Shown here in pieces: positions 14,440 through 27,280 of a stretch of DNA of 64,000 bases. The notes below the pieces were generated by a model. That model did no database searches. It was not told the origin of the DNA and worked only from the letters and a program-made list of their open reading frames with translations. Both the position numbers and the translations under genes were made by a program. The DNA lies in contig NC_058368.1 of the NCBI RefSeq assembly GCF_018350175.1, positions 94,428,001 to 94,492,000 on the forward strand, given 5' to 3'. Source of the stretch: Felis catus. Its lineage: Eukaryota. How positions within the stretch are numbered: the first letter of the stretch is position 1; each line of letters begins with the position of its first letter.

Positions 14440-17400
14440 TGCTGTAGCTAAGCCATGTCTTTATCTTACTTAACCCCTAAGCAGTATTTAACACAACTGA
14501 TCATCCCCTCCCCTGAAAACAGCACCTCCCCTTGGGTTCCAGGACTCTACTCATCTGTTTTCCACTTACTTCACTTGCCTCCCCTCTTCTGTGTTCATTG
14601 TCGAATGTTCCTCATCTTCCTAAAGTCTAAATGTTGGAATGCAACATCCCCTGTTCATGCATGCATCTTTCCTAAATTATTTCACCCAGTTCTATGGCTA
14701 AAGCCATAAAAATATCCCAACTATTGACAGTAACTCCCAGGTTTATATGTATAGTCCCAATGTCTCCCCTGAATTCCAGAAAACCTACTCAGTGTCTCCT
14801 TTTGAGTACCTACTAGGTGTATCAAAATCGGTGATCTAACACAGAACTCCTAATTTCCCTCCATGTGCCTAATCCTTGCCAAGAATTCCAGATGTCAGTA
14901 AATGGCACTTCCATGTACCCTGTTTGGCAGGTCAAAGCTTTGGAGTCAGTCTTGGCTCTTTTCTTTGCTTTTCTTTTCTCTTTTCTTTTCTTTTCCCTTC
15001 TTCTCTTCTATCCTCTTTATTATTTTTTAATTATTAATTAATTAATTAATTAACTTTTATTCTTATTTAGAGAGAGAGAGTGAGCAAGAATGGGGTAGAG
15101 GGGCAGAGGGAAAGAAAGAATCTTAAAAAAAATTTTTTTGTAATGTTTATTTCTGAGAGAGAGAGAGACAGAGCGTGAGTGGGTTAGGGGCAGAGAGAGA
15201 GAGGGACACACAGAATCTGAAGCAGGCTCTAGGCTCTGAGTTGTCAGCACAGAGCCTGATGCGAGGCTTGAACTCATAAGCCATGAGATCACGACCTGAG
15301 CAAAAGTCAGACGCTCAACCGAGCCACCCAGGTGCCCCCAGCCAACGTTTTTTATATACAATTTTACTGGCTGAAAGGAAATGTCATTCTGTGCTCAGAT
15401 CCACCCAAGTGACAAGGAGCCATACTATAAAATTAGCACCCTGGCTTTCCACCCCTGACTGGGGGCTTGAACCCATGAACTGTGAGATCATGACCAGAGC
15501 CCTTAACTGATTGAGGCACCAAAACACCCTGAGAAAAAGAGACAGAGAGAGAATCTTAAGCACACTTCATGCTCAGTGCAGAGCCTGGTGCAGGGCTCAA
15601 TCCCATGACATGGGATCATGACCTGAGCCAAAATCAAGAGTCAGATGCTCAACTGACTGAGCCACCCAGGCGCCCCGTGGCTCTTCCCTTTCACTCAAAT
15701 GCCATATGTCTTGTATTAGCAGATCCTCTTACCTCCACTTTCTTTTTTTTTTTTAATATATAAATTTATTGTCAAATTGGTTTCCATACAACACCCAGTG
15801 ATCATCCCAAAAGATGCCCTCTTCAATACCCATCACCCACCCTCCCCTCCCTCCCACCCCCCATCAGCCCTCAGTTTGTTCTCAGTTTTTAACAGTCTCT
15901 TATGCTTTGGCTCTCTCCCATTCTAACCTCTCTCTTTTTTTTTTTTCCCCCTTCCCCTCCCCCATGGGTTCCTGTTAAGTTTCTCAGGATCCACATAAGA
16001 GTGAAAACATATGGTATCTGTCTTTCTCTGTAAGGCTTATTTCACTCAGTATAACACTCTCCAGTTCCGTCCACGTTGCTACAAAGGGCCGTATTTCATT
16101 CTTTCTCATTGCCACATAGTACTCCATTGTGTATATAAACCACAATTTCTTTATCCATTCATCAGTTGATGGACATTTAGGCTCTTTCCATAATTTGGCT
16201 ATTGCTGAGAGTGCTGCTATAAACATTGGGGTACAAGTGCCCCTATGCATCAATACTCCTGTATCCCTTGGGTACATTCCTAGCAGTGCTACTGCTGGGC
16301 CATAGGGTAGGTCTATTTTTAATTTTTTGAGGAACCTCGACACTGTTTTCCAGAGTGGCTGCACCAGTTTGCATTCCCACCAACAGTGCAAGAGGGTTCC
16401 CGTTTCTCCACATCCTCGCCAGCATCTATAGTCTCCTGATTTGTTCATTTTGGCCACTCTGACTGGCGTGAGGTGATATCTGAGTGTGGTTTTGATTTTA
16501 TTTCCCTGATGAGGAGGGACGTTGAGCATCTTTTCATGTGCCTGTTGGCCATCCGGATGTCTTCTTTAGAGAAGCGTCTATTCATGTTTTCTGCCCATTT
16601 CTTCACTGGGTTATTTGTTTTTTGGGTGTGGAGTTTGGTGAGCTCTTTATAGATTTTGGATACTAGCCCTTTGTCCGATATGTCATTTGCAAATATCTTT
16701 TCCCATTCCGTTGGTTGCCTTTTAGTTTTGTTGATTGTTTCCTTTGCTGTGCAGAAGCTTTTTATCTTCATGAGGTCCCAATAGTTCATTTTTGCTTTTA
16801 ATTCCCTTGCCTTTGGGGATATGCCAAGTAAGAAATTGCTACGGCTGAGGACAGAGAGGTCTTTTCCTGTTTTCTCCTCTAGGGTTTTGATGGTTTCCTG
16901 TCTCACATTCAGGTCCTTTATCCATTTTGAGTTTATTTTTGTGAATGGTGTGAGAAAGTGGTCTAATTTCAATCTTCTGCATGTTGCTGACCAGTTCTCC
17001 CAGCACCATTTGTTAAAGAGACTGTCTTTTTTCCATTGGATATTCTTTCCTGCTTTGTCAAAGATTAGTTGGCCATACTGTTGTGGGTCTAGTTCTGGGG
17101 TTTCTATTCTATCCCATTGGTCTATGTGTCTGTTTTTGTGCCAATACCATGCTGTCTTGATGATTACAGCTTTGTAGTAGAGGCTAAAGTCTGGGGTTGT
17201 GATGCCTCCTGCTTTGGTCTTCTTCTTCAAAATTACTTTGGCTATTTAGGGCCTTTTGTGGTTCCATATGAATTTTAGGATTGCTTATTCTAGCTTTGAG
17301 AAGAATGCTGGTGCAATTTTGATTGGGATTGCATTGAATGTGTAGATAGCTTTGAGTAGTATTGGCATTTTGACAATATTTGTTCTTCCAACCCATGAGC

Positions 17401-18330
17401 ACAGAATGTTTTTCCATTTCTTTATATTTTCTTCAATTTCCTTCATAAGATTTCTATAGTTTTCAGCATACAGATCTTGTACATCTTTGGTTAGATTTAT
17501 TCCTAGGTATTTCATGCTTCTTGGTGCAATTGTGAATGAGATCAGTTTCTTTATTTGTCTTTCTGTTGCTTCATTATTAGTGTATAAGAATGCAACTGAT
17601 TTCTGGATATTGATTTTGTATCCTGCGACTTTGCCAAATTCATGTATCAGTTCTAGCAGACTTTTGGTTCTTACCTCCACTTTCAAAACGTATCCTCAGT
17701 CCAACTCCTTCTCAATACCTTCAACTGATACCACACTTGTCCAAGATACCATTGTATGTTGCCTTGAGACGGTCTCTTAACTGGAGTGATCCTTTTCAAA
17801 TACAACCTGACTATATCCCTCCCCTGCTCACAACTTTTCAATGGCTTCCCAGCACAAGGAGAAGAGACTTGGAAATCCTTACCTTGCACTGGGTGCCCAG
17901 GCTCTGGCAGTGCTCTGCTCCATCCGCCTCCTTGCTGTTTCCTAAATTCAGTAAGCACACTCTCACCCCAGGGTCCTCACTCTTCCTTCTGCCTGTAATG
18001 CTTTCCCTCCAGATCTGTGCCTGTGCATAGATCCCTCCCTCACTTGTCTCAAAAGTCACTTGTCCACTTCTCTAGCCATTCTGGATAAAATTGTGGCTAC
18101 CCCACTTCCACCATTCTCTTCCTTTATTGGCTTCATATTCATTTAAAACCTTTATTTCTACCCAATATTATGGATTTGTTTGCTTGCTGGTTGTCTGTCT
18201 TCCTTGACTAGAATGTTGTCTTCTTGAGGGCTGAGACTTGGGCTGTTTCATTCACTGCTGCATCCCCAACAGCTACAACAGTGGCTGGCATTCAGTAGGA
18301 GCTCAATACATGTTTGTCAAATGACTTATG
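14440..18330 (+). mobile_element. LINE-2 remnant split by a SINE cluster and the young L1
   Basis: L2-like body at 14440-14960 and 17669-18330, with L2 3' terminus TTCACTGCTGCATCCCCA...CAGTAGGAGCTCAATACATGTTTG. Confidence 0.75.
15743..17668 (-). mobile_element. Young 5'-truncated feline-type LINE-1 (3' part of ORF2, 3'UTR, polyA)
   Basis: ORF pieces 17285-17686, 16445-17230 and 15984-16529 encode L1 ORF2 motifs ([35 protein letters not shown]), broken by stops and a frameshift. Perfect 16-bp TSD TCTTACCTCCACTTTC at 15727-15742 and 17669-17684. Confidence 0.97.
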
Positions 18331-18859
18331 AAGGTATCGGACTGTTTGCATCTAACTTAACTTGTCCCAAAATGTTCGCGAGCAGAAGGTTTGATGGCAT
18401 TACTTCTCAGTGTCCCAGTTTCCCTCCCACCTTTTTATGATCTGCTGCTCCTCATGAACTATGGTTATAACCGTAAGAATCCCAGGGTTCCCAGGGAAAG
18501 CAAGATAGATAAACTTGTTATGACAGTGAGATTAATTTTATGCACGATGCTGCATTAATAGGCCCTATCTGTGGCAATAAAGAATGGGAGCCAGAAGCAT
18601 GGGTGTCTCATTATTATGATTCATCCACCAACCAGCTGTGTGATGAGGGTGAGTCACCTGGTTTCCCATCCCCCGATCTGTCCTGAGGTCCTGAAGATAA
18701 CTTCACGTGGCTGCTGGAGAGCAGATTACGTAAATTTGTGACACTTATTTCTATCACCACTGAGATTTTTTTTTTTCTTGCTTTTGGATTTTGGGCTGAG
18801 TGAGAGATATACTTGGTTGAAGTCATATAGTAGTTGATTGGGATTTGGGAATCTTATAT

Positions 18860-20280
18860 TCCTTCATTAACTATATAAAAGGCTTATTGGGCATATACTA
18901 TGCCAAGCTGTGAAATAAGAACTGTAAATAAAGTGGTCACTAAGCCAGTCTTTAACTTTGCCTACATGGAGTAAACAGTCCAGTGGATAAGATAGCCCTC
19001 AAACAAGCGATCACGGGCCAGGAGACCACTTAAGAGCCTGAATCAATGCTCCAGGTCAACAATAACATTACCGTGGCCCAGGAGCGTATACAGCTACTGA
19101 GGAGAGAGAAAATTGGAGAGATGTTTTGGAGGCAAAACTGATAAGCCTTGGCAATCGACTGAATGTGAGGAGTGCAGAAGGGAAAATGTGAGTAACTCCC
19201 CAAGTCTGGTGGTTGACTGGCTGTGAGAAATGAGGACAAGGGAGGAAACATGGCTGACTCCTAACCTTCTGGTTTGAACAACTGGGGTGGAAAGGCAGGG
19301 TGCCAATTCCCAAGACTGAACACCCTGGAAGTGGAGCAGATGTGGGCGTGACAGGTCAGGAGAGAAAACGAGGAGCCCGTGAGACAGAGAAGATGTCAAG
19401 GAGCAGGTGGGTTCATGGGAAAAGACTGCGGACACAAACGTAGGATTTGTCAGCATATGTGACATATGGGCCTACAGGACAGGGTCCCCAACACTTGGGG
19501 CAAGGGCACACAGTCAGAAGAGGACAGGGCCCACGGACAAGCCTTGAGGAATTCTTATATTTAATATTTGAGCAGAAGGGAAGATTGAGCCAAGGGATCT
19601 AAAAAGATGGGCCAGAGAGGAAGACACCAAGGAGAGCTGGGTCCCAGAGGTCCAGCAGAAGAGAGCGGTCAACTGTGATAAACACGGCAGAGAGGCCACG
19701 TAAGGCCAGAACTTCAGATTCCACCCTGTCCGCACAACAGTGCAGTTCAAGGAGATGATAGGCTGCAGTGCTTTGAAGAGCAAGTGACAAGAAAGAGTGC
19801 ATGAAGGCGAGAAAACAGGGTAAAAGCACATAACTTTTTAGAGGAGTTCTGTAAGGCAGAGGAGACAGAATCATAGAAGGGCACAGGAAGTCATGGGAAT
19901 ATCTTTTTTTTTTTTTAAGTGCAGGCTTAAGCACGTTTAAATGGGAAGAGAAATGATCAGCGGAAGGGGAGAGGAAAGAGAGTGGGAGCAAGTGTAAGAA
20001 AGAACAAGATAAGAATAGCGCAAGATTTCCAAGAAAGAATAATAGAATAACATTCGGAATGTAAGTGGAGGAACTGAGTCTAAATCAGAAGCAAATGTTA
20101 TTTGTTGCATCCAAGGGAAAGGGGAAAAGATGGGTGTGGCTGTAGATAAGTCTGGCTGGTATGGAAACTTGAAGTGGCTCCCAGCTGATGACTTCTATTT
20201 TCTCTGTAGAGCAGGAGGCAAAAGGGAGGAGAAGGATCATGAGTGAGGACAGTGGAGAATGTGTGGATAGTCGTGGTAGA
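18860..20280 (-). mobile_element. LINE-2 remnant(s)
   Basis: Purine-rich L2 antisense pattern (TTATTGGGCATATACTATGCCA..., GACTCCTAACCTTCTGGTTTGAACAACTGGG). Confidence 0.65.
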
Positions 20281-21942
20281 TAGTGAAAAAGCAAGACAGC
20301 GAAGTTGGTAGGACTAAGGACCCAGCAGAGGCTGGTCACCATGACTGGGGAGTGTTACCAGCCTGCTAGGTCATGTGACCTCCTGGCATCCTGAGCCAGG
20401 CGTGGAGACAGCCAGTAGCTGGATTCAGGATGCTTTGTGAACTTGCCAAGTGGTATAAGGTATTCACATGGGAGCTCAGGGGTGTACAGAGCGTGGTGGG
20501 CAGTTTGAAGAAATACCCCAAAATATTATGGCTGATTTGCATTTGCTTTTTCACAGTTTTCTCTATTTTACTTTTACAACAAACAAGGTTGTAACAGACC
20601 TTCGCTGTTGGCATACCCAGCATCCATCCCCCTTCCTCCAGAAATAGGCCCAGCGTTTTACTTGATGATTTTCCCCGATCAACTCTCAGCCCAGATGGTC
20701 TGGGTGGGGCCACAGGATGGGCACAAGGGCCCTGTGGTCTGTCCTGGCCTGTCAAATGTCTGTGTCTCCCTGGCCACTGTAACATACTCTGGTGTAACAG
20801 CCTATGTCCCCAGCTGGCCTGGTCAGAGTAAATATCAGGCTATAAATATCAGGGAAAACGTAAGGCCGAAACTACTGTCACCATCTGGCAACCATGAGGA
20901 AGAGCCAATTAAGAACCAACGAAAGAGCAAACATGGCTGAGGAGAGAGAGAGAGAAATCTGCTCCCTAATGACACGGACCCTGGACCTAGCAATACTGGC
21001 AGTGACACCATGGCCTTTCTAGTTCTGCGAGCCAGTAACTTTCCCTTTTTCACTTGAGCTGGTTTGGAATGGGTTTTCAAAAGGTGTTTTACCTGGTGCA
21101 GAATTTTCATTTTCATTTTTTTTATTATTATTTTTTTTAATGTTTATTTTTGAGAGACAGGGAGAGGGACAGAACAGGAGACAGGGAGAGGGAGGGGAAG
21201 ACAGAGAAGGAGACACAGAAGCCAAAGCAGGCTCCAGGCTCTGAGCTGTCAGCACAGAGCCCAACGTGGGTTTCGAACTCACGGACCATGAGATCATGAC
21301 CTGAGCCGAAGTCGGACGCTTAACTGACTGAGCTGTTGGTGGTTGTCCTCAAATGGCCACTGATCCTTAGCTATCAGTTCGTGTGTAAGCATGAGGCTCT
21401 ACATTGCCAGTTGGAGTTTTATGTGTGGTGGGTGGAAAAGTCCTGGAGAGGCTGCTCTCGGGGTCCTTCATTGAGGGATCACAGGACATTGGCTGCTCTT
21501 TATGTCCAGGGTCTCATGCCAGGAGACTTTTCTGTGGAGCTGTTTAGTTTCTCAACAGAAAACTCACCTCTGATCTGGGATCTCTGCCATCCTGCTAGAA
21601 TTCTGAGAGGAAGGCAGCATGAGGGGCAGTCCTTCCATTTAGTGTGTGGAATTTAACTAAGCCATCCATTAGTTCATTTAGCAAACACTTGTTGAATACC
21701 TATTATGTGACAGGCACTATTTAGGGGAACTTGGGAATTCATCAGTAAACAACACAGGGAAGGATCCTTGCCCTCATGGGACATAGAATCCAGCAGCCTG
21801 AAGACAGCCATAGCCTGAAGATAGAAATAAACAAATTATATAGCATCTTGGTAGGTGATAAGTGCTGTAGAAAAAGGAAAATAATAGAGCAGGTTGAGGG
21901 GGATTAGGAATATCACCTGGTTGCAGTTTTATTTTTCATCCT

Positions 21943-21978
<36 letters not shown>

Positions 21979-22466
21979 TCGAGAGCAAGAGCACACATGA
22001 GCAGGGAAGGGGCAGAGAGAGGAGAGAGAGAATTCCAAGTAGGCTCCACACTGTCCGTGCAGAGCCAGACATGGGCTCGATCTCACACACCATGAGATCA
22101 TGACCTGAGCCCAAATCAAGAATCAGACGCTTAACCATCTGAGCCACCCAGGTGCCCCCACATGGTTGTAATTTTTAAAAAGATGGTCAGAGTAGGCCTT
22201 TTTAAGAAATTTGGCTATTTGTTTATTTTAATTTTTTTCAACTGTATTTATTTCTTTTGAGAGAGACAGAGACTGCGCGAGTCAGGGAGGGGCAGAGAGA
22301 GAGGGAGCGAGCGAATCCCAAGCACGCTCCGGGCTGCCAGCACAGAGCCTAATGCAGAGGGCCAAGAGTCAGACACTTAACTGACTGAGCCACCCAAGCA
22401 CCCCAAGAAATTGGTTTTTAAACAAAAAAGAAACCTGGTGGAAATGGGGTTAGGCATATGGATATC

Positions 22467-23229
22467 TGGTCTATTCTTATCTACAATACTTCTGACACCA
22501 AATGTGTCCTCACACCGATCAGTTCTCCAATCCTCTGGACACCAACTGGGTGTCCTACAATTCTGTTCAATCCTGACACTAACTGCCCAGAGTAGGCACA
22601 GACCTCAAAGGTTAAGGACTCAGCCTCAGTAAGACAGCCCTGCTTCAGGAACCACTCACCAGTCCTGGGCCTTCTGTACCTCTGATGACCAGCTATACAT
22701 CAGAGTTTCCCATAATCCCCACTCAGGTTTGATCATTTGCTAGAATGGCTGACAGAACTCAGGGAAAACAGTTTAGTTGCTATTACCAGATTATTACAAA
22801 AGGATACACATGAAGAGCCAGGTACCTATGGAAAGGTTCTGAGCACAGGAGCTTCTGTCCTCGTGGAGTTGGGGTGCACCACCCTCCTGGCATGTGGATG
22901 AGTCCACCAACCAGGAAATTCCTCGAACCCCATCATTTAGGTGGTTTTATGGAGATTCCATTATATAGGCACAATTGGTTAAGTCATTGGCCATTGGTGA
23001 TTAACTCAACCTCTAACCCTTTTCTCTTCTCCAGAGGTTGAGGGATGGGACTGAAAGTCCAACCTTCTAATGCATGGTTGGTTCCTCTGGCAACCAGCCT
23101 CCATCTAGAAGCTATGGGAGGGAAGGGCCCAGCCCTACAAAAGATATTCTTATCTGTGCAGAGATTCCAAGGGTTTTAGGAGCTGTGTGCCAGGAATCAG
23201 GGAGGAAGACCAAATATATATTTATCACA
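22467..23229 (-). mobile_element. Solo LTR, MER21-like
   Basis: Minus strand starts TGTGATAAATATATATTTGGTCTTCC...TTCCTGGCACACAGCTCCTAAAACCCTTGGAAT. Direct repeat GGATATCTGG at both boundaries (22460-22469, 23230-23239). Confidence 0.75.
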
Positions 23230-23273
23230 GGATATCTGGGGCAAGGTTGGAGCAGTCTAGTTGAAAGGAACAG

Positions 23274-24022
23274 TGAGTCATTTATCGAAGGGATACAGGT
23301 GTGCTGTTTCGAAGGGACACATGCACCCCCATGTTTATAGCAGCACTATCCACAATAGCCAAAGTATGGAGAGAGCCCAAATATCCATCGATGGATGAAT
23401 GGATAAAGAAGATGTAATATATATACAATGGAGTATTACTCGGCAATCAAAAAGAAGGAAATCTTGCCATTTGCAACTACGTGGATGGAACTGGAGGGTA
23501 TTATGCTAAGTGAAATTAGTCAGTCAGAGAAAGACAAAAATCATATGATTTCACTCATATGAGGACTTTAAGAGACAAAACAGATGAACATAAGGAAAGG
23601 GAAACAGAAATAATATAAAAACAGGAAGGGGGACAAAACAAAAGAGACTCATAAATATGGGGGAACTGAGGGTTACGGGAGAGGTTGTGAGAAGGGGAGG
23701 GTGCGCTAAATGGGTAAGGGGCACTAAGGAATCTACTCCTGAAATCATTGTTGCACTAGATGCTAACTAATTTGGATGTAAATTAAAAAAATAAAATAAA
23801 ATAAAATAAAATAAAATAAATAAATATTCCAATATTCCAATAAATATTCCAATTAAAGTTAGGAACAAGGCCTTTATTGTTGTTACTCTCTGACATTGTT
23901 CTGTATGGCTAGCCAACCCAATAAAGCCAGAAAAAAGGTTTTTTAAATATATAATCTAAGAACACTTAAAAAATAGTTTTAACATTCATAACATGAATGA
24001 TTAACAGATTAAAAAAAAAAAA
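23274..24022 (+). mobile_element. 5'-truncated carnivore L1 3' end with (AAAAT)n tail, ~185 bp of extra 3' sequence and a second polyA
   Basis: L1 ORF2 end and 3'UTR at ~23280-23785, tail to ~23824, A12 at 24011-24022. TSD GAAAGGAACAG at 23263-23273 and 24023-24033. Confidence 0.9.
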
Positions 24023-26963
24023 GAAAGGAACAGCCAGTGCAAAGGCCCTGAGGTAGAAGCAGATCTGTCATGTTAGAGGACTAGAGGAATAGCAAGGTTA
24101 ATACAGCAGTAAAAGAGTGATTGAGGAGGACACAGAAGGAGAAGGGGTCACAGAGGTGCAAGGAGGGCTTTCTGGGTAATGCGAAGCTTTTACTGAGAAT
24201 AGAGGGGCACCATTACAAAGTGTGAACCAAAGAGTGACAGGATCTGACTCGGGGTTTCAAAGAATGGCTCGTGCACTTGAGAGAATAGATCACAGGGAGC
24301 AGCATCCAAAGTGAGAAGACCAGTTCCAGAGGCTATTCCAAGTCATCTAGGAGAGAGAGACATAGAGAGAGATGGTAACTTGTACCAGTGTGGCAACAAT
24401 AAAGGTGGTGAAAAGTAGTTGGATTCTGGGTTTATTTCCAAAGTAGAGTCAACAGGAGTTTCAGATAGAATCGGTGTCAAGTGTAGGAGACAGAGGTGTC
24501 AAGGAGGACTCCCAGGTCTGGGGATCGTTCAACGGAAGGAAGAAACTGCCGTGCGCTAAAATGAGAGGAGTGTCTGGAGTTCAGCTGGGATGTGTTCCAG
24601 CTTCCTCCTTTCCTTCCCGTGGCTTACCTCGCCCTCTGCTGGGTGCAGTTCAGTTCTTCCAAAGAACGAACCTGCTGTTCGTTACCCGTATGTGTGGAGA
24701 TGGGGTGGGAGCTGTAACAAGTGAGCAAAAGGGTGTGTGAGAGCTTGAACTGTTCCCTATGTGTTCAGCCAAGTCCCCTGATTTTATTCCCACATCTTGT
24801 TGCTGCCTTCCATGAAAACAGATACCTTCACGTTCTCAGCCTCTCTGGGGTTCCGTGGAGGTTGGTTCCCTTGCCGTTCACCTCCGCAGACACCTGGGCT
24901 TTAACTTCCTCAGGTTTTCAAAGTGTTCCAAAAATGTGTTGGAATTTCTTATGCATTCTTGCCTGTTCCCATCCTTGAGTAAGCATGCACGTGACCGTGT
25001 TTGGAGAACAAGAGCGTATAATGCTTGTGATCAATTTGTGATGTTGAGCTAGAAATATGCAGTAGGAAAAAAGCCCACCTTTTTAAAAAGTCTACACGAT
25101 TTCATATCATCTCATTTTCCCCTCTAACCTCACCTTGATATTTTAATGATCAGCAGTGACACATTACCTGCAAAAGACCTTACAACGCACTGAGACCCTG
25201 CAGTTCAAAACTCTGGCTGTCCGCATGATGACGGAATAGAGAAACCATGAATTCTGGGACCTCTGTCATTCTCAGGAAGCCCTTCCATTATGAGGCCCAG
25301 CTCTGGCTTGGAATTTGAAAAAAAGCACGGCATAGTTAAGAAGGGAGTAATGAGATTAAGTTCTGAGAATGCATTATTCAGAACAGATAAACAACATCTT
25401 CTAAAATATTCCATTCCAGCAAAAGGAAACTGAGTCATACTCCTGTGGTTTGGAACATAAATAATGAATTATTAAAAACTGAAAATGTCTTGGGGCGCCT
25501 GGGTGGCTCAGTCGGTTGAGCGTCCGACTTCGGCTCAGGTCATGATCTTGCGGTTTGTGGGTTCAAACAAACCCGCTGTGCTGACAGCTCAGAGCCTGGA
25601 GCCTGCTTCGGATTCTGTGTCTCCCTCTGTCTCTGCCCCTCCCCCACCCATGCTCTGTCTCTGTCTCTGTCTGTCAAAAATAAATAAACGTTAAAAAAAA
25701 TTAAATAAAAAACTGAAAATGTCTTCCTATTCTTGGTTCCCTCAACCCTTATTCTTCATGGATTTAAATATTATGAAAGGCCATCTGTACAGATGCTCCT
25801 GGCTTTTGTGTTTTTCCCCTTAGAATCCAGTACTTGACATTTCTGATCAATTGGTACAAACTTCCCACTCACTTCCAGCCACAAAACATTTATTCTGAGC
25901 ATCTTTGAAGATTGCTTGTTTCACCCCAGTTTGCCAAAGGGAATAAAATCCCTAGGTCTGCTAGAACTATTTAATCTACCGAAGGGAACAGTCATAACTT
26001 CATCAGACAGTGAACTTCAATTTTTCAGGAAAAAGTAAAAAGTGTATTTTATTATTTTCTCGGTGGAAGAGACACATGACCTTATATTCAAGTATCAAGT
26101 AAAAGCAATGAGTTGATCCACATATATGAGTGAGCAATTGTATTGTAGGTTGCTTAAATTCAATTTACATTTTCAAATCATTTGATAGTGACACCTACTT
26201 GCTTCCTGGGCATATGTTTGTACATTTGGTTTCGATACCAGTGAGAAGAAAATTTGCTCTCTCGTCCATACTAAGGTTTGTCCTCAAATGTCCAGTGGTC
26301 CTTGGCCAGCTTGCTGTCTGATGGTTTTCGCTGTCAGATGACATGGGAGCTGAGCTGTCCTTGTTTTTAAAAAAATGTTTATTCATTTTTGAGAGACAGA
26401 GAGTATGAGTACGGAGGGGCAGAGAGAGCGAGTGACAGAGAATCTGAAGCAGGTTATGCTCTGACAGCAGAGAGCCTGATAAGGGGCTCAAACTCATGAA
26501 CCATGAGATCATGACCTGAGCTGAAGTCAGACGTTCAACCGGTTGAGCCACTCAGGTGCCTCCTAAGCTGCCCTTTGTAAGGATGGGGTCTCGCAGGGTC
26601 TGTTTCTGGAGATTTGTTTTCTGTAGACATTCAGTTTCTCTAGAGAAAAATTCTTCAGTCTCCTTCCTTTTTGGAGATACACGTGACCAAGTGACAGAGT
26701 AGCCTGAAAGGAAAAAGAACTTCAGTTGACTATCTACTCTTTTCGGTAAATTTGCAGCCTGAGATTGGGATAGGGGGTGGGGAGCAGGTAAGGCAAGGCA
26801 GGACAGAGGAGCCGTGCATCTCTCTTTGTGAGTGCCTTTAGAATGCCCTATCAGCCAATTTCACCAGGTTGAACCTTCAACTTTTCTCTGTCTACTTCTA
26901 GAAAGAACCAATGTACTTAGCATTCACACTCTTTAAATGCCTGTAAGAGTTCTTTAAATGAAC

Positions 26964-27061
26964 TCTTTAAATGAAGAATATAGCTAACATCTGTTATTGG
27001 CTAGAAATGAAGAAATGAATTCTTTAAATGAAGAATATAGCTAACATCTGTTATTGGCTAG
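26964..27061. repeat. Perfect 41-bp direct duplication with a 16-bp spacer
   Basis: TCTTTAAATGAAGAATATAGCTAACATCTGTTATTGGCTAG at 26964-27004 and 27021-27061. Confidence 0.95.
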
Positions 27062-27087
27062 GCATCATTTTAAGGCTTTTGTATCCT

Positions 27088-27280
27088 GGAGGAAAGGCCA
27101 TGTGAGCCCACAGCGAGAGATGCCTGTCTGTATGCCAGCAAGAGAACACTCAGCAGACACCAAGTCTGCCAGCACCTTGATCTTGGCTTTCCAGCTCCCA
27201 GAACCGTGAGAAATACATTTCTGTGGTTTAAGGCACCTGGTCTGTGGTATTTTGTTCTGGCAGCTGGAGATGAGTTAGAC
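27088..27280 (+). mobile_element. MaLR MLT1 LTR 3' fragment
   Basis: GCCAGCACCTTGATCTTGG...CCAGAACCGTGAGAAATACATTTCTGT...TGTGGTATTTTGTT. Confidence 0.8.

Larger units (their letters stand above)
21660..24560 (-). mobile_element. LINE-2 remnant hosting SINEs, an LTR and the L1 insertion
   Basis: CATTTAGCAAACACTTGTTGAATACCTATTATGTG... L2 sequence resumes at GGAACAGCCAGTGCAAAGGCCCTGAGG after the inserts. Confidence 0.75.

Noticed and set aside
15984..17686. RT-containing ORFs as a novel reverse transcriptase system
   Set aside because: Standard L1 ORF2 fragments with polyA and TSD, disrupted and 5'-truncated.
26950..27061. Repeat-spacer-repeat pattern resembling a CRISPR array
   Set aside because: Only two units, the spacer derives from the repeat, the context is mammalian and there are no cas genes.
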